Source of the DNA: an uncultured delta proteobacterium
GTDB taxonomy: Bacteria; Desulfobacterota; Syntrophia; Syntrophales; UBA2185
Assembly (NCBI GenBank): GCA_963695875.1
Contig: CAVOID010000003.1
Span: 352,001 to 416,000 of the forward strand
Direction of reading: 5' to 3'
Length of the DNA stretch: 64,000 nucleotides
A program made the position numbers and the translations under genes. A model generated the notes under the pieces. It did not search any database and was not told where the DNA came from. It saw only the letters and a list, made by a program, of their open reading frames with translations. Below, one piece after another: positions 10,499-21,390 of the stretch. The stretch's first letter is position 1; every line of letters starts with the position of its first letter.

Positions 10499-11785
10499 CT
10501 ACAGGGCATTGAGTGTCTCAGCACATGCATCGAGTGTTTTTTCTATATCTTCATCTGTATGGGCAAATGAGAGGAAAGAAGCCTCGAACTGGGATGGCGC
10601 CAGGTAGATACGCCGCGACAACATGTCTCTAAAATAACGGCCGAAGCGTTTCGTGTTACTTTTTGCGGCCGAACTATAATCGAAGACCTCATCTTTGGTA
10701 AAGAATGCTGTAAACATGGAGCCCGACCGGTTGATACGGACGGGGATACCCTTATAATCGAACAGCTTCTGCAATTCTTCGCACAGGGAAGATGTCAGAT
10801 GGTCCAGCATGGTGTAATTCCCCGGATTTTTCTTAAGAATGCTGAGAGTGGCGATACCTGCCGACATAGCGACAGGATTTCCCGAAAGGGTGCCCGCCTG
10901 GTAGACCGGACCTGATGGGGCCAGCTTCTCCATGATATCCTTCTTACCCCCGAAAGCACCGACGGGAAGACCGCCGCCTATGATCTTTCCCAGGCAGGTT
11001 ATATCCGGTTCAATCTCGGCCAGGTTTTGGAAACCGCCGTATGTTAACCGGAAGCCTGTGATTACCTCATCAAAGATGAGAAGTATTCCGCGTTGGCGGG
11101 TAATATCTCTGAGCATCTCCAAAAATCCTGTTCGAGGTAAAACAACACCCATATTCCCCGCTACAGGTTCCACAATAATGCAGGCCAGGTCATCTCCATG
11201 TATATCCATGGCGGATGAAACGGCCTCGATATTGTTAAAGGGTAACGTAATAGTCTTTTCCGCCAATCCTCGAGGAACACCGGGACTTCCCGGGATGCCC
11301 AGTGTAGCAACACCGGAGCCGGCTTTTACCAATAGGGAATCGGCATGGCCGTGATAACAGCCGTCAAATTTGATAATTTTCTCCCTGCCTGTATACCCGC
11401 GCGCGAGCCGGATAGCACTCATCGCCGCTTCCGTGCCGGAACTGACCATCCTTACCATGTCGATGGAGGGGAAGGCATCAACGATCAGTTTTGCCATTTC
11501 AATTTCCAATTCAGTCGGGGCGCCGTAACTGGTTCCCTTTTCCGCTGCATGCTGAATAGCATGAACGACTTGGGGATGGCTGTGACCCAAGATCATGGGT
11601 CCCCATGAAGATACGTAATCGATATACTCCTTTTCCTCGACATCATAGATCTTAGATCCGCAAGCCCTGCTGATAAATACGGGTGTCGACTCAACAGCTT
11701 TGAAGGCCCTGACCGGGCTGTTTACGCCTCCGGGAATGTATTTACCAGCCTCTTCGAAGAGGGCTTCGGAAGATTTATTCGACAT
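10499..11785 (-). CDS. hemL: Glutamate-1-semialdehyde 2,1-aminomutase
   Basis: PGGVNSPVRAF, FDEVITGFR, GKIIGGGLPVG, QAGTLSGNP. Confidence 0.97.
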   Translation of the reverse strand: MSNKSSEALFEEAGKYIPGGVNSPVRAFKAVESTPVFISRACGSKIYDVEEKEYIDYVSSWGPMILGHSHPQVVHAIQHAAEKGTSYGAPTELEIEMAKLIVDAFPSIDMVRMVSSGTEAAMSAIRLARGYTGREKIIKFDGCYHGHADSLLVKAGSGVATLGIPGSPGVPRGLAEKTITLPFNNIEAVSSAMDIHGDDLACIIVEPVAGNMGVVLPRTGFLEMLRDITRQRGILLIFDEVITGFRLTYGGFQNLAEIEPDITCLGKIIGGGLPVGAFGGKKDIMEKLAPSGPVYQAGTLSGNPVAMSAGIATLSILKKNPGNYTMLDHLTSSLCEELQKLFDYKGIPVRINRSGSMFTAFFTKDEVFDYSSAAKSNTKRFGRYFRDMLSRRIYLAPSQFEASFLSFAHTDEDIEKTLDACAETLNAL

Positions 11786-12248
11786 TTGTGAAATACTCCA
11801 TGCTGTTTTTTTTATACTCTTCCTCGCTAGCGAGGACCCTGAAGTCTTTGATTCCCGCAGCTCGCGAGAGTTTTTGAATGATGCTCTCCTGATTCTCTTT
11901 TTGAAAATGAATCATCGTAAAAATATTGTATTTCCCTTCAAAGGGGGGGACCCTTTCGTAACAGTGGGTTATTTCGGCAAAGGAGGCCAGAGTATTCCCA
12001 ACAGATTCATATCTGTCCGGTGGCACAGCCCAGATAACCATGGCATTTTGTGTAAAACCTGCTTTCTGATGTCTTAAGATGGCTCCAAATTTTCTGATGC
12101 TGCCTTTCGCCATCAATCCCTGGATAGTCGCAAGAACCTCCTCTTCGGAAGAGAAAGCTTGTTCTGCAATACTCTTGAAGGGTCTCTTTTCGAGAGGGAT
12201 GTCTTGCTGAATGAATTTAGAAACTCTTTTTTCCATTTCTGTTAGCAT
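11775..12248 (-). CDS. ahbB: Siroheme decarboxylase subunit (AhbB/NirH-like, AsnC fold)
   Basis: QQDIPLEKRPF, GAILRHQKAGF, THCYER, YNIFTMIH; overlaps hemL. Confidence 0.8.
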   Translation of the reverse strand: MLTEMEKRVSKFIQQDIPLEKRPFKSIAEQAFSSEEEVLATIQGLMAKGSIRKFGAILRHQKAGFTQNAMVIWAVPPDRYESVGNTLASFAEITHCYERVPPFEGKYNIFTMIHFQKENQESIIQKLSRAAGIKDFRVLASEEEYKKNSMEYFTNVE

Positions 12249-12279
12249 CAGTGATAACCTTATATCAGTTTTATCTTCC

Positions 12280-12699
12280 TTATTCCAGTGGCAATGACGT
12301 CTTCGAACGCAGGGACTTCTTTTCCGATTGCATATGTTTGAGCTTCAAAATCTTTTCCTTGGCGCGTCTGGAGCGGCGACGTTTCTGCCGCTTTATCTTT
12401 TCTACACGATCCCTGTCCGCTCGTGCTATTCCCTGTTGTATCCTTTCAATCCTGTCCAGAAGCAAGCGCCTTGCCAGAAAGCGGTTCAATGCCTGAGACC
12501 GTGATTGCTGGCATTTAACCGACAAGCCCGACGGTACGTGGACGAGATGAACACATGAAGCCGTTTTATTGACCTTCTGCCCGCCTGGACCGGATGATCT
12601 CACGAATGTTTCCCGAAAGTCACTTTCCGCAACTCCAAGACGTTCCATGCGCTCATTTAGGGATTTTTCTTTTTCCGGGGAGATATTAAACAGGCTCAT
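12280..12699 (-). CDS. arfB: ArfB/YaeJ-like peptidyl-tRNA hydrolase
   Basis: RSSGPGGQKVNK GGQ motif, SRSQALN, basic C-terminal tail. Confidence 0.85.
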   Translation of the reverse strand: MSLFNISPEKEKSLNERMERLGVAESDFRETFVRSSGPGGQKVNKTASCVHLVHVPSGLSVKCQQSRSQALNRFLARRLLLDRIERIQQGIARADRDRVEKIKRQKRRRSRRAKEKILKLKHMQSEKKSLRSKTSLPLE

Positions 12700-12704
12700 A
12701 ATTC

Positions 12705-13691
12705 CTATATAACAAACTCGATTATATCACCTTCCTTAAGAACGTAATCCCTCTGAATCATCTGACCATCACGAACCGATTTACCCCACGCTTTGGCGTG
12801 TTTCAATTTGTTTACGAAATCGTTGTGGACCTTGCCGGCCAAATCATCCAGGGTGCTTCCCACGGGGATGACAAACGGGGCTTTTTTATCAGCCTCTCTG
12901 CCGGGCGGTTTAGTGTAAACCCTTATGATGCCGGAGAGTTCATAAAGCTTTTCCAATAATGTCATAATATTCCGGCCAGTGCGGGTCGAAATGCCCATGC
13001 AAGGCAATTTGATGCCGGATAGCTCTAAAAAAATATCCAGATCTTCTTTATCTTCAGGTCTATCCATTTTGTTAACGACGACAAGCATTTTTTTGATCTT
13101 AGGGGGTTTTTTCAAATCTTCGGGTATATTACAGGTTTCAGAATAAATGCGAAACGAATGGAGAATTGAAAGGGTATCCTCGAACTGCTGTATAGGGTCG
13201 GCAGAGAGGTCCAATAGTATGACGACAATATCGGCTCGACGGATCAGATCGTTTAAGCCGGGTTCTGTGTAATCCTTTGTAAGGGGGGGTGTGTCTATGA
13301 GCTGGAACTGGATGTTTTCATATTGAGCCATTCCCGGCGTAGGTTTGTGAGTCGTATGGGGAAAATTTGCCACTTCCGGAGAGGCATTTGTTATCAACTT
13401 AACTAGGGATGATTTGCCCGTATTGGGGGGACCTATGATAACTATTTGAGCAGCCCCTTCTTTTTCAATGTCATAAGCAGTTTTTTGTCTGGTAGCCCCT
13501 TTTTTCTTCTGGGCCTGGTCTTTCAGTTTTGAGATGCGTTCGCGCAGCATCGCCTTGAGCTTGTCCGTGCCCTTATGTTTCGGCATTATGGCAAGCATCT
13601 CTTCCAGGGCGTCGACTTTGTCTTCCGGTGTCTTTGCTTTGCGAAATCTCTCTTCCGCTTCGAAATATTGCGGTGGCAGATTGGCTGGCAT
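12705..13691 (-). CDS. DRG-like OBG-family GTPase with C-terminal TGS domain
   Basis: MPANLPPQY start, PKHKGT, GPPNTGKS, DTPP, NKMD, IRVYTK...TGS-type C-terminus. Confidence 0.88.
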   Translation of the reverse strand: MPANLPPQYFEAEERFRKAKTPEDKVDALEEMLAIMPKHKGTDKLKAMLRERISKLKDQAQKKKGATRQKTAYDIEKEGAAQIVIIGPPNTGKSSLVKLITNASPEVANFPHTTHKPTPGMAQYENIQFQLIDTPPLTKDYTEPGLNDLIRRADIVVILLDLSADPIQQFEDTLSILHSFRIYSETCNIPEDLKKPPKIKKMLVVVNKMDRPEDKEDLDIFLELSGIKLPCMGISTRTGRNIMTLLEKLYELSGIIRVYTKPPGREADKKAPFVIPVGSTLDDLAGKVHNDFVNKLKHAKAWGKSVRDGQMIQRDYVLKEGDIIEFVI

Positions 13692-13882
13692 AGCCTTTTA
13701 TCTCCTCCATCTCCGGTTGAACCGTGAACAAGTATTTTCGAACTCAATAATGAAAGTCAAGTTGAATTTATTAAAAATCATGATATTCTAAACGTGTCGG
13801 ATTTGATAAGGCAGTATAGCGTATGTGGCTATTGATATACAGAAACATTGTCATAATAATTACGACGAGGCAAAAATGATAT

Positions 13883-14881
13883 ATGTTCAGCGCCCATCTG
13901 ATAAATGATCCTTTCGGTGACCCGGGGGTATATGTCGAATTCAAGTACCGGCACCAAGCGCTCCTTTTTGATTTAGGTGATGTTCATAATCTAAGTCCGA
14001 GAAAGCTTCTCAAGATCAATCACATCTTTGTTTCTCATACCCATATGGATCATTTTATAGGGTTTGATCATCTGCTCCGGGTATGTTTAGGCCGTGACTG
14101 TCACATCTCCATCTTTGGTCCTCCAGGCTTCCATCAACAGGTGGAAAATAAGATCAACGCCTATACATGGAATCTTGTAGAAAATTACACGAACGATTTT
14201 GCCATTCATGTTATGGAGGTCCATCCGGACCGTAAATTACTCAGAAGCTACCATTGCCGGAAAGCTTTTAAACCTGAAATCGATGTTATAAATGAGAGCT
14301 TTAACGGCACTCTTGTAGAAGATGGGTTCTTTTCGGTCAAAGGGGAGTTCCTTGATCATAAGGTCCCCTGTCTGGCATACAGTTTTGAAGAAAAGAACCG
14401 TATCAACATCAAGAAAAATGTTTTACAGGAAATGGGACTTCCCGTTGGGGCATGGCTGATGGACTTAAAGGATCGAATTCTTCGCGGTGATCCCGATGAC
14501 ACAGCCATACGAGTTTGGAGGAAAAAGGGGAAGGAGGAGACGGGAGAAAAGTTTATTCCTTTGGGTGAATTGAAGGAGACAATTGTAAAGGTGACACCGG
14601 GCCAGAAGGTCACGTATGTCACGGACGCTGTCTATAATGAAGATAATGCCCGAAGGATTATAGCCCTGGCTCAAGGTTCAGATTTGATGTTTATAGAAGC
14701 GACGTTCCTCCATGAAGATTCTGATAAGGCTGCACAGAAATATCATCTCACAGCTTTACAGGCTGGGACGTTGGCACGAAGGGCGGGAGCAAAGAGGATT
14801 TCACTGTTTCATATTTCACCGAAGTACAAAGGGTCTGGAGATCTCCTGTTTGCAGAAGCCATGAAGGCATTTAATGATTGA
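13883..14881 (+). CDS. Ribonuclease Z-like metallo-beta-lactamase
   Basis: SHTHMDH motif, NDPFGDPG, EATF, YHLTA. Confidence 0.85.
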   Translation: MFSAHLINDPFGDPGVYVEFKYRHQALLFDLGDVHNLSPRKLLKINHIFVSHTHMDHFIGFDHLLRVCLGRDCHISIFGPPGFHQQVENKINAYTWNLVENYTNDFAIHVMEVHPDRKLLRSYHCRKAFKPEIDVINESFNGTLVEDGFFSVKGEFLDHKVPCLAYSFEEKNRINIKKNVLQEMGLPVGAWLMDLKDRILRGDPDDTAIRVWRKKGKEETGEKFIPLGELKETIVKVTPGQKVTYVTDAVYNEDNARRIIALAQGSDLMFIEATFLHEDSDKAAQKYHLTALQAGTLARRAGAKRISLFHISPKYKGSGDLLFAEAMKAFND

Positions 14882-14923
14882 GTACTTTCTGAAGACAATT
14901 TTCAGTTTCGTGCGGTTCTAAGA

Positions 14924-15427
14924 TTAGATCTTTTTGATCTGAAACCCCTCAAGTTTTATGGCAACGGAACGCTGAAGGAGTTCTATGGATATGACGAAGA
15001 GTTCTTTACTGTAATCTGTACTGACGACTACGCCTTCAATACCGGTGAAAGGTCCGTCAACGATCATGGCCGGCTCCCCAACCTTAGGGTACTGAATTTG
15101 CTGAACCTCTACTTTGGACTGGATTATTCGCCGGATAGCCTCTATCTTGGCATCGGGAACAGCTATCGGCTCAGAGCCTGTCGGCTTTCCGAGGATTCTG
15201 ACGACCCCGAACGTTTTAAGGACATTCAGCTTAGTCTGACTGTCCAGGGAAAAAAGTTCCACAAAGAGATACCCCGGAAACATGGGGATCATAATCTTCT
15301 TTCTTCTGTCTTTTCGTTTACTCCATACCTCTATTTTGGGCAGGAAGGTATGAATCGATTTTTGTATAAGACCGGTATCGACCATGTCTTCGTGTCTGCT
15401 TCGTGTGTGTACCGCGTACCATGGCAT
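14924..15427 (-). CDS. NusG paralogue (UpxY/RfaH-like antiterminator)
   Basis: WYAVHTRSRHE, PMFPGYLFV NGN domain; KOW motif IVDGPFTGIEG. Confidence 0.9.
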   Translation of the reverse strand: MPWYAVHTRSRHEDMVDTGLIQKSIHTFLPKIEVWSKRKDRRKKIMIPMFPGYLFVELFSLDSQTKLNVLKTFGVVRILGKPTGSEPIAVPDAKIEAIRRIIQSKVEVQQIQYPKVGEPAMIVDGPFTGIEGVVVSTDYSKELFVISIELLQRSVAIKLEGFQIKKI

Positions 15428-15522
15428 GAAAGGTTCCTCATGGAAGATATTAGTTTTTTGCAGTAAGTTGTTCCAGGCTTTTTAATTTATAATAATCATT
15501 ATATTTTTTCAATGGTGAAATC

Positions 15523-17115
15523 GTGTTGAAATTGAGAATCGCCGGTATCGTGCTTTCTCTTGGTGAAAAAGAAGGGTCATTAAAGGGAAAAACGGCATTG
15601 GTCCTCGGTATTCCGGAAGAATCCATTTTTTCTCTCAGGGTGATTAGAAAATCGATCGATGCGAGGAGGAGGAGAAAGCCCCGTTTTGTTTACTCTGTGG
15701 ATGTATCCGTGCCGGATGGTATCAACTTGCCGGTCAAGGAAGGCCGGGATGTAAATATAGAGGTATTAGCAGAGGAGATAAAGCCGCCTTGCCACCCGGC
15801 AAAAATGAAGCCAGGCAGAAGGCCTGTTGTTGTCGGATGTGGCCCTGCGGGTCTCTTTGCGGCCCTCGCCATGGCAGGAAGGGGAATTCCTCCACTCCTC
15901 CTCGAAAGGGGTAAGAGGATCTCCGAGCGTATAGCTGATGTCCATGCCTTCTGGGAGAAGGGGATCTTGAATGCGGAGAGTAATGTGCATTTCGGGGAGG
16001 GTGGCGCCGGTGCGTTTTCTGACGGCAAGCTGACAAGCCGGGTCAAGAATCCTTATACGGAATGGGTTAAAAAGAGCTTCTTTGATGCGGGTGCTCCCTC
16101 TGAGATTTTGACTGATGCGAAGCCCCACATAGGGACGGACAGGTTACGGGAAGTGGTGGTCAACCTGAGGAAGAAGCTTATGGGCCTGGGCTGTGAAGTG
16201 CGGTTTGAATCAAAGGTTACAGATTTTTTGATTCATAGGGGCAAAGTAGAAGGAGTTATCGTAAATGGCAAGGAGGAGATAAAAACGGACCATCTGATTC
16301 TTGCCACCGGGCAGAGTACGGAAGATAACTACGTCAAGCTTTGCGAACTTGGTGCGCGTATCGAGCCAAAGCCCTTTGCCATTGGTCTCCGCGTAGAACA
16401 CCCCCAGTCATTGATCAATGCTGTTCAGTACGGCAAATGGCGCGGTCACCCTGATCTGCCGCCGGCGGACTACTTTTTGACGGCGAAGCTTGCTGATGTG
16501 AACCGATCAGTTTATTCATTTTGCATGTGTCCCGGCGGTTCCGTCATCGGGTGCAGTTCGGAAGAAGGCGGAGTAGTTACCAATGGTATGAGTCGCTACC
16601 TGAGAGGAAGCCCGTATGCCAACAGTGCTGTTGTGGTTACTGTTCACATCGAAGATTTTAAGGATATCGCACCCTATCCCCTTAGCGGCCTCGTATTCCG
16701 TAGGCATTGGGAAGAGAGAGCCTTTGTTCTGGGTGGTGAAAATTATTGTGCCCCCGCACAGCGGCTGATTGATTTCTTGCAGGACAAAGTCGGCGATCTT
16801 CCGGGATCGATCAGTTTTCTGCCCGGCGTAAAATCTGTGTCCCTGCGCGAAACCCTGCCGGGATTTGCAGTTGATGCCATGAAGCAGGGAATTATCCAGT
16901 TTGATCGAAAGATGCGCGGATTCATTACGGAGGAAGCAACTCTGATCGGCGTCGAAACCAGGACGTCATCACCGGTTAGAATAGTGAGAGGTCCGGATGG
17001 CCAGAGTGTAAACGTAGGCGGGCTCTATCCCTGCGGCGAAGGGGCTGGTTATGCAGGCGGGATCATTAGTTCCGCCCTGGATGGGATCAGGATTGCAGAG
17101 AAGGTTGCGATCTGA
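15523..17115 (+). CDS. FAD-dependent oxidoreductase (uncharacterised family)
   Basis: VVGCGPAG, FGEGGAGAFSDGKL, FCMCPGG, GEGAGYAGGI. Confidence 0.88.
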   Translation: MLKLRIAGIVLSLGEKEGSLKGKTALVLGIPEESIFSLRVIRKSIDARRRRKPRFVYSVDVSVPDGINLPVKEGRDVNIEVLAEEIKPPCHPAKMKPGRRPVVVGCGPAGLFAALAMAGRGIPPLLLERGKRISERIADVHAFWEKGILNAESNVHFGEGGAGAFSDGKLTSRVKNPYTEWVKKSFFDAGAPSEILTDAKPHIGTDRLREVVVNLRKKLMGLGCEVRFESKVTDFLIHRGKVEGVIVNGKEEIKTDHLILATGQSTEDNYVKLCELGARIEPKPFAIGLRVEHPQSLINAVQYGKWRGHPDLPPADYFLTAKLADVNRSVYSFCMCPGGSVIGCSSEEGGVVTNGMSRYLRGSPYANSAVVVTVHIEDFKDIAPYPLSGLVFRRHWEERAFVLGGENYCAPAQRLIDFLQDKVGDLPGSISFLPGVKSVSLRETLPGFAVDAMKQGIIQFDRKMRGFITEEATLIGVETRTSSPVRIVRGPDGQSVNVGGLYPCGEGAGYAGGIISSALDGIRIAEKVAI

Positions 17116-17117
17116 GA

Positions 17118-18206
17118 TCATTTCTCAATTCTTCCATCAATGATCAGGTCATCACCCTTTCTGAAGATTTTTCTGTAAGTGAGTCTGAGCGACTCATCCA
17201 TGCTTTGTATTCCCAGATTACCTACCGCCTCAACTCCTTTTCCCACGATCTTCGGCGCAATGATGATCACTACCCTGTCGGTCAGTTCTCCCTTTAAGAG
17301 AGTTGTGATGATGGCTGCTCCCCCTTCGACCAGGACGGAGGAGATGTTTCTTTTCCCCAGTTCAACGAACAGTTTTGTCAGGTCAACACGATGATCGTTA
17401 TCTTGTTCAACTACTACTGTTTCTATACCCATTTTATCCAAGAGGGTACGTTTTCTCCTGCTGGCATGACCGGTGGTGGCAATAATGGTCTTTGCCATGT
17501 TTTGATTTTTCAGGACTCGTGCATCCGGAGATATACGCAAACGGGAGTCAACAACGACTCTGAGTGGATTTCTTCCTCTGGTTAGACGTATAGTAAGTTC
17601 CGGATCATCCTTAATTGAAGTGCCGACACCGATAAGTACGGCGTCATGGTGGCTTCTTAACACATGGGCGAATCTGAGTGATTTTTCAGAACTGATCCAC
17701 CGGGAATGGCCTGCTAAAGTTGCAATTCTCCCATCAAGCGTCTGGGCAAACTTGAGTGTTATAAATGGAGTTTCTGTCCGGATGAACTTAAAAAACCTTT
17801 CATTGATCCTCTTGCATGTTTCTTCTAAGATACCCACAGTTGTCTCTATGCCTCTCCGTTTAAGGGCTTTGATGCCCCCACCGGCCACCAAGGGATTGGG
17901 ATCAGCGGTTCCTATAACTACTCTTGCAGGCTTGCAGGCGATTATTCTTTCAATACAGGGAGGCGTCTTCCCGTAATGGGTGCAGGGTTCTAGATTTACA
18001 TAGATTGTCGCGCCCTCGATTGTTTCAGTAGCATGATTGATGGCATTGATTTCGGCGTGGTTGTCTCCGAATTTTTGATGATACCCCTCTCCGATTATCC
18101 GGTTTTTCTTCACGATAACCGTGCCCACCATGGGGTTAGGACTGACCCAGGCTTCTCCTTTTCGTGCGAGTCTGAGGGCCCGTTTCATATAGAATTCATC
18201 ATTCAC
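17118..18206 (-). CDS. ribD: Riboflavin biosynthesis deaminase/reductase RibD
   Basis: SPNPMVG, HAE, LEPCTHYGKTPPC, reductase domain TLDGRIA, VLVEGG. Confidence 0.95.
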   Translation of the reverse strand: MNDEFYMKRALRLARKGEAWVSPNPMVGTVIVKKNRIIGEGYHQKFGDNHAEINAINHATETIEGATIYVNLEPCTHYGKTPPCIERIIACKPARVVIGTADPNPLVAGGGIKALKRRGIETTVGILEETCKRINERFFKFIRTETPFITLKFAQTLDGRIATLAGHSRWISSEKSLRFAHVLRSHHDAVLIGVGTSIKDDPELTIRLTRGRNPLRVVVDSRLRISPDARVLKNQNMAKTIIATTGHASRRKRTLLDKMGIETVVVEQDNDHRVDLTKLFVELGKRNISSVLVEGGAAIITTLLKGELTDRVVIIIAPKIVGKGVEAVGNLGIQSMDESLRLTYRKIFRKGDDLIIDGRIEK

Positions 18207-18309
18207 GGCACATTCGTCCTTCTATGAATTTTCCGCATTTTATATCATTCCTATGGAATATGTAAAGAAACCTCTTGCAGGAAAAAGCCAGGAGGCGCCA
18301 TTCGCCCTG

Positions 18310-19519
18310 TTAATACAACTCATACCTGAGGAGACGGCATTCAATCGGCCCATTGAATAACACAAACCGACGTGATGCCTTGAGGCCGATGTGTTTGGCC
18401 AGTTCCATATTCCCGGTCAATACAAAACCTGTCCATCCCCGGCAACGCTGCTTCATTACATCACCAATCTGACGGTAAAGATCCTTGAGCTTCTCAACAT
18501 CACCCAACCGCTTGCCGTAAGGGGGGTTCATTATCACCACTCCTTTATCACCTTCCGGCTTAAACTCATCCAGGGCCGAATGAACGAAGTGTATCTGCCC
18601 TTCAAAACCTGCTGCATCAGCGTTGCGACGTGCCAGTGTAAGCGCACGGCTATCCCGGTCATATCCCGTAATGAGCCCGACAGGCAGCTTCTGAATACCA
18701 TTTTCAGCATCAGCCAAAATCCGATACCATAATGCGGCGTCGAAATCCAGCCAGCGCTGGAAACCAAATGACCGGTTGCGCCCCGGAGCCACCCGTCCTG
18801 CAAAAAGCCCCGCTTCAATGGGAATGGTACCCGATCCACACATGGGGTCAGCCAGGGGCATTGCGCCGTCCCAGCCGGTCAGGGCAATAACGGCAGATGC
18901 CAAGGTTTCCCGCAGGGGCGCCTCAGTGCGCTCAAGACGATAGCCGCGACGATCAAGCGCATCGCCGGAACTGTCCAAAGATACCGTACAGACATTTTTT
19001 GCCAGATGAATATTTATACGAATATCCGGTGACGATGTGTTCACGCTGGGACGAGTACCACAATGCTTGCGAATACGATCGACAATGGCATCCTTGGTCT
19101 TGAGAGCGACAAATCCGGAATGGGTGATGGCCGAATCCCGCAACGTACAGTCCACTGCAAGCGTCATGGAAGGCTTTATTAAATCATGCCAGACAATGCC
19201 GTGCACACCGGCGTAGAGTTCCTCAGGCGATGCACAGGGAAACGTGGCCAGTATTTACCAATATCCGACTGGCGGTACGCAACCAGAGATTGGCACGATA
19301 CAGACCGGCATGGTCGGTGACAAATGACACACCGCCTCGTCCTGCGCTTGCTCCCTGAATATCCAGAGCCTGTAACTCGGCTGCGGCGATCTCTTCGGCT
19401 CCTCGCGGTACTGCGGCAAAGCAGTTCATTGATATTTTCCGTTCACTGGCCGGACGTGCGGGACGCCTTATCACACGCTTTTTTTCAGTCATCTCCTTTT
19501 TCATGTCTTTCTGGTACAA
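18310..19519 (-). CDS. THUMP-domain rRNA methyltransferase (RlmL/YpsC-like); frameshifted
   Basis: ANLWLRTASRIL, LDSSG..L.RRGYR, DPMCGSGT, NPPYG. Confidence 0.85.
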
Positions 19520-19629
19520 TTTCCTCCAACGGTCGCCGGAATTCCTCTACTGTTCCTCTGTTATCAATCACATTATTACATCCTGATCCTCAATGAAACC
19601 ATAAAAAACTCTCGCCTCCGGATATCGCT

Positions 19630-19690
19630 GTCATGCCGGACTTGATCCGGCATCCAGATTAGTTCTGGATTGCGCTTTCGCCGCAATGAC
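19630..19690. repeat. REP-like double-hairpin palindrome (GTCAT...ATGAC)
   Basis: gtcatgccggacttgatccggcatccag...ctggattgcgctttcgccgcaatgac. Confidence 0.75.
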
Positions 19691-20002
19691 GACCACGGCA
19701 GCCCGAGAATGATCTTACTTAAAAATAGTTGTGACAATTATCATATGGTGATATTTCATTTTTGGTTCATCCGGTTGATGCGTACTTCCTGTAGTGTTGT
19801 TTTCCTCAATTTGTCAGGTCACTCTACATTTCAACTGGAAATGAATGAGCGACAAGAATTCAATACTAATATACACAAAATGGAAGAATTCTAGACAAAC
19901 ATGTGATACATTGTCAAAGGGTAGGTCATTAACTCGATTAGGAATAAATGACAAATAATTTAGAAAAATGGTGATCAATTATTTAAAACAGAGAGACATA
20001 TT

Positions 20003-21153
20003 ATGAAAAATTCCTTTCAAGCATATTATCGACCGAGCCAAGAAGCATTCAAGGAACTTTGGAAGAGATGTTTGTTTGTTCCTGATACCAATATGCTTTT
20101 GAACATATATCGCTATTCTGAGGCTACCAGGAAAGAGTTAATTGGCATTCTTGAAAAGATATCCCCTCAACTTTGGATTCCTTACCAAGTTGGTCTTGAA
20201 TACCAAAGACTTAGACCTGGAGTAATTTTGCAGCAAGAAAAGGCCTACGATGACATAAAAAAAATACTGGAAGAAATTCAATCCTCCGTAGAGAAAAGAT
20301 TAAATCTTTCTCAGTCACATCCTTCGATAAATAAGGTTGATATCTTAAAACAGATAAAAGACTTTTTTATATCCATTCAGAGAGAACTGGATAAGCAGAA
20401 ATCAAAGCATCCTAACTTGCTTGAGAATGATACTTTACGAGATAAACTTGCGGAACTATTCGGCGGCAAAGTTGGTGATAAATTTTCATCGGAGAAATTA
20501 GACGAATTATACAAGATGGGGGAAAAAAGATACAAGAAAAGAATTCCACCTGGATACATGGATGAGAAAAAAGAAGGAGATGAAAAATATGGAGACATCG
20601 TTATTTGGTTTCAGATGATTGAAAAAGCTAAAGAATTTAAAAAGCCTATAATTTTTATTACTGATGATGACAAAGAAGATTGGTGGTTTTCGGCAAAAGA
20701 AAAAAGAATTGGACCTCGACCTGAGTTGATTGAAGAGATGCTTAAAAAAACAGGCGAAACGTTTTATATGTATGGTGTTGAGCGATTTATGGAGTATTCA
20801 AGAATATTCCTCAAACGTGGGGTTGATCAAAAAGCGATCAAAGAAGTAAGGAATATGAGAAAACAGCGTGAGGACATGGTCTCAGAGGTGGGGAAGGCAC
20901 TTGCAATAGCGAAGTCCTTTGCAATAAGGGAACAAGCACTGAAAGGTATATTGGCCTCGTCTGACGTTCCGACGCTAACAGGTATGTTGGCCTCGTCTGA
21001 TATTTCGACGCTAGCAGATATGTTGGCCTCACACAACTTTCGACGCTACAGATTTGGCCTCACGCAACTTTACCGTCAGAGAAAAAGATGACGGATAAAT
21101 TAACCAAGGAGAAGGAGAATCAAAAAGATATAGATCAAACAAAAGAAGAATGA
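20003..21153 (+). CDS. PIN-like domain protein (PIN_8/DUF4935 type) with C-terminal 12-aa repeats; ORF track stop at 21091, possible frameshift extends to 21153
   Basis: FVPDTNMLLNIY, LWIPYQVGLEY, IPPGYMD, KYGDIVIW, FITDDDKEDWW, GPRPELIEE; AT-rich. Confidence 0.8.
20945..21071 (+). repeat. 36-nt coding tandem repeat, about 3.5 copies
   Basis: ggtatattggcctcgtctgacgttccgacgctaaca variants start at 20945, 20981, 21017 and 21051. Confidence 0.85.
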
Positions 21154-21273
21154 CGCCAACGATGTAATCGTTTTTTCGACTATGTTTTAATCACACACAC
21201 TTTAATCAGTAATTCACAACATTTTATTAAATTCTGTATACTTGACTCGTAGGCGAAGCCAGTCAAGGCTCAA

Positions 21274-21390
21274 TTGAAGTTCTCCGCAGTAAACTGCGGA
21301 GAATCTCGATCCACAAGGAATAATGATGTTCCCCATTCGCTCGCTTACCCCGCAGCAAGCTACGGGGAATGCGCTCGCTACCGGATTCAA
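21274..21390 (+). mobile_element. Palindromic MITE copy 1 (TTGAA...TTCAA)
   Basis: Near-identical to 23623-23740; hairpins at both ends. Confidence 0.8.

Noticed and set aside
18206..18310. FMN riboswitch upstream of ribD (also checked 24337-24548)
   Set aside because: No RFN consensus visible and the spacer is short
20945..21071. 36-nt repeats as a CRISPR array
   Set aside because: Units abut with no spacers, the first three are in frame within a CDS, and no cas genes are present
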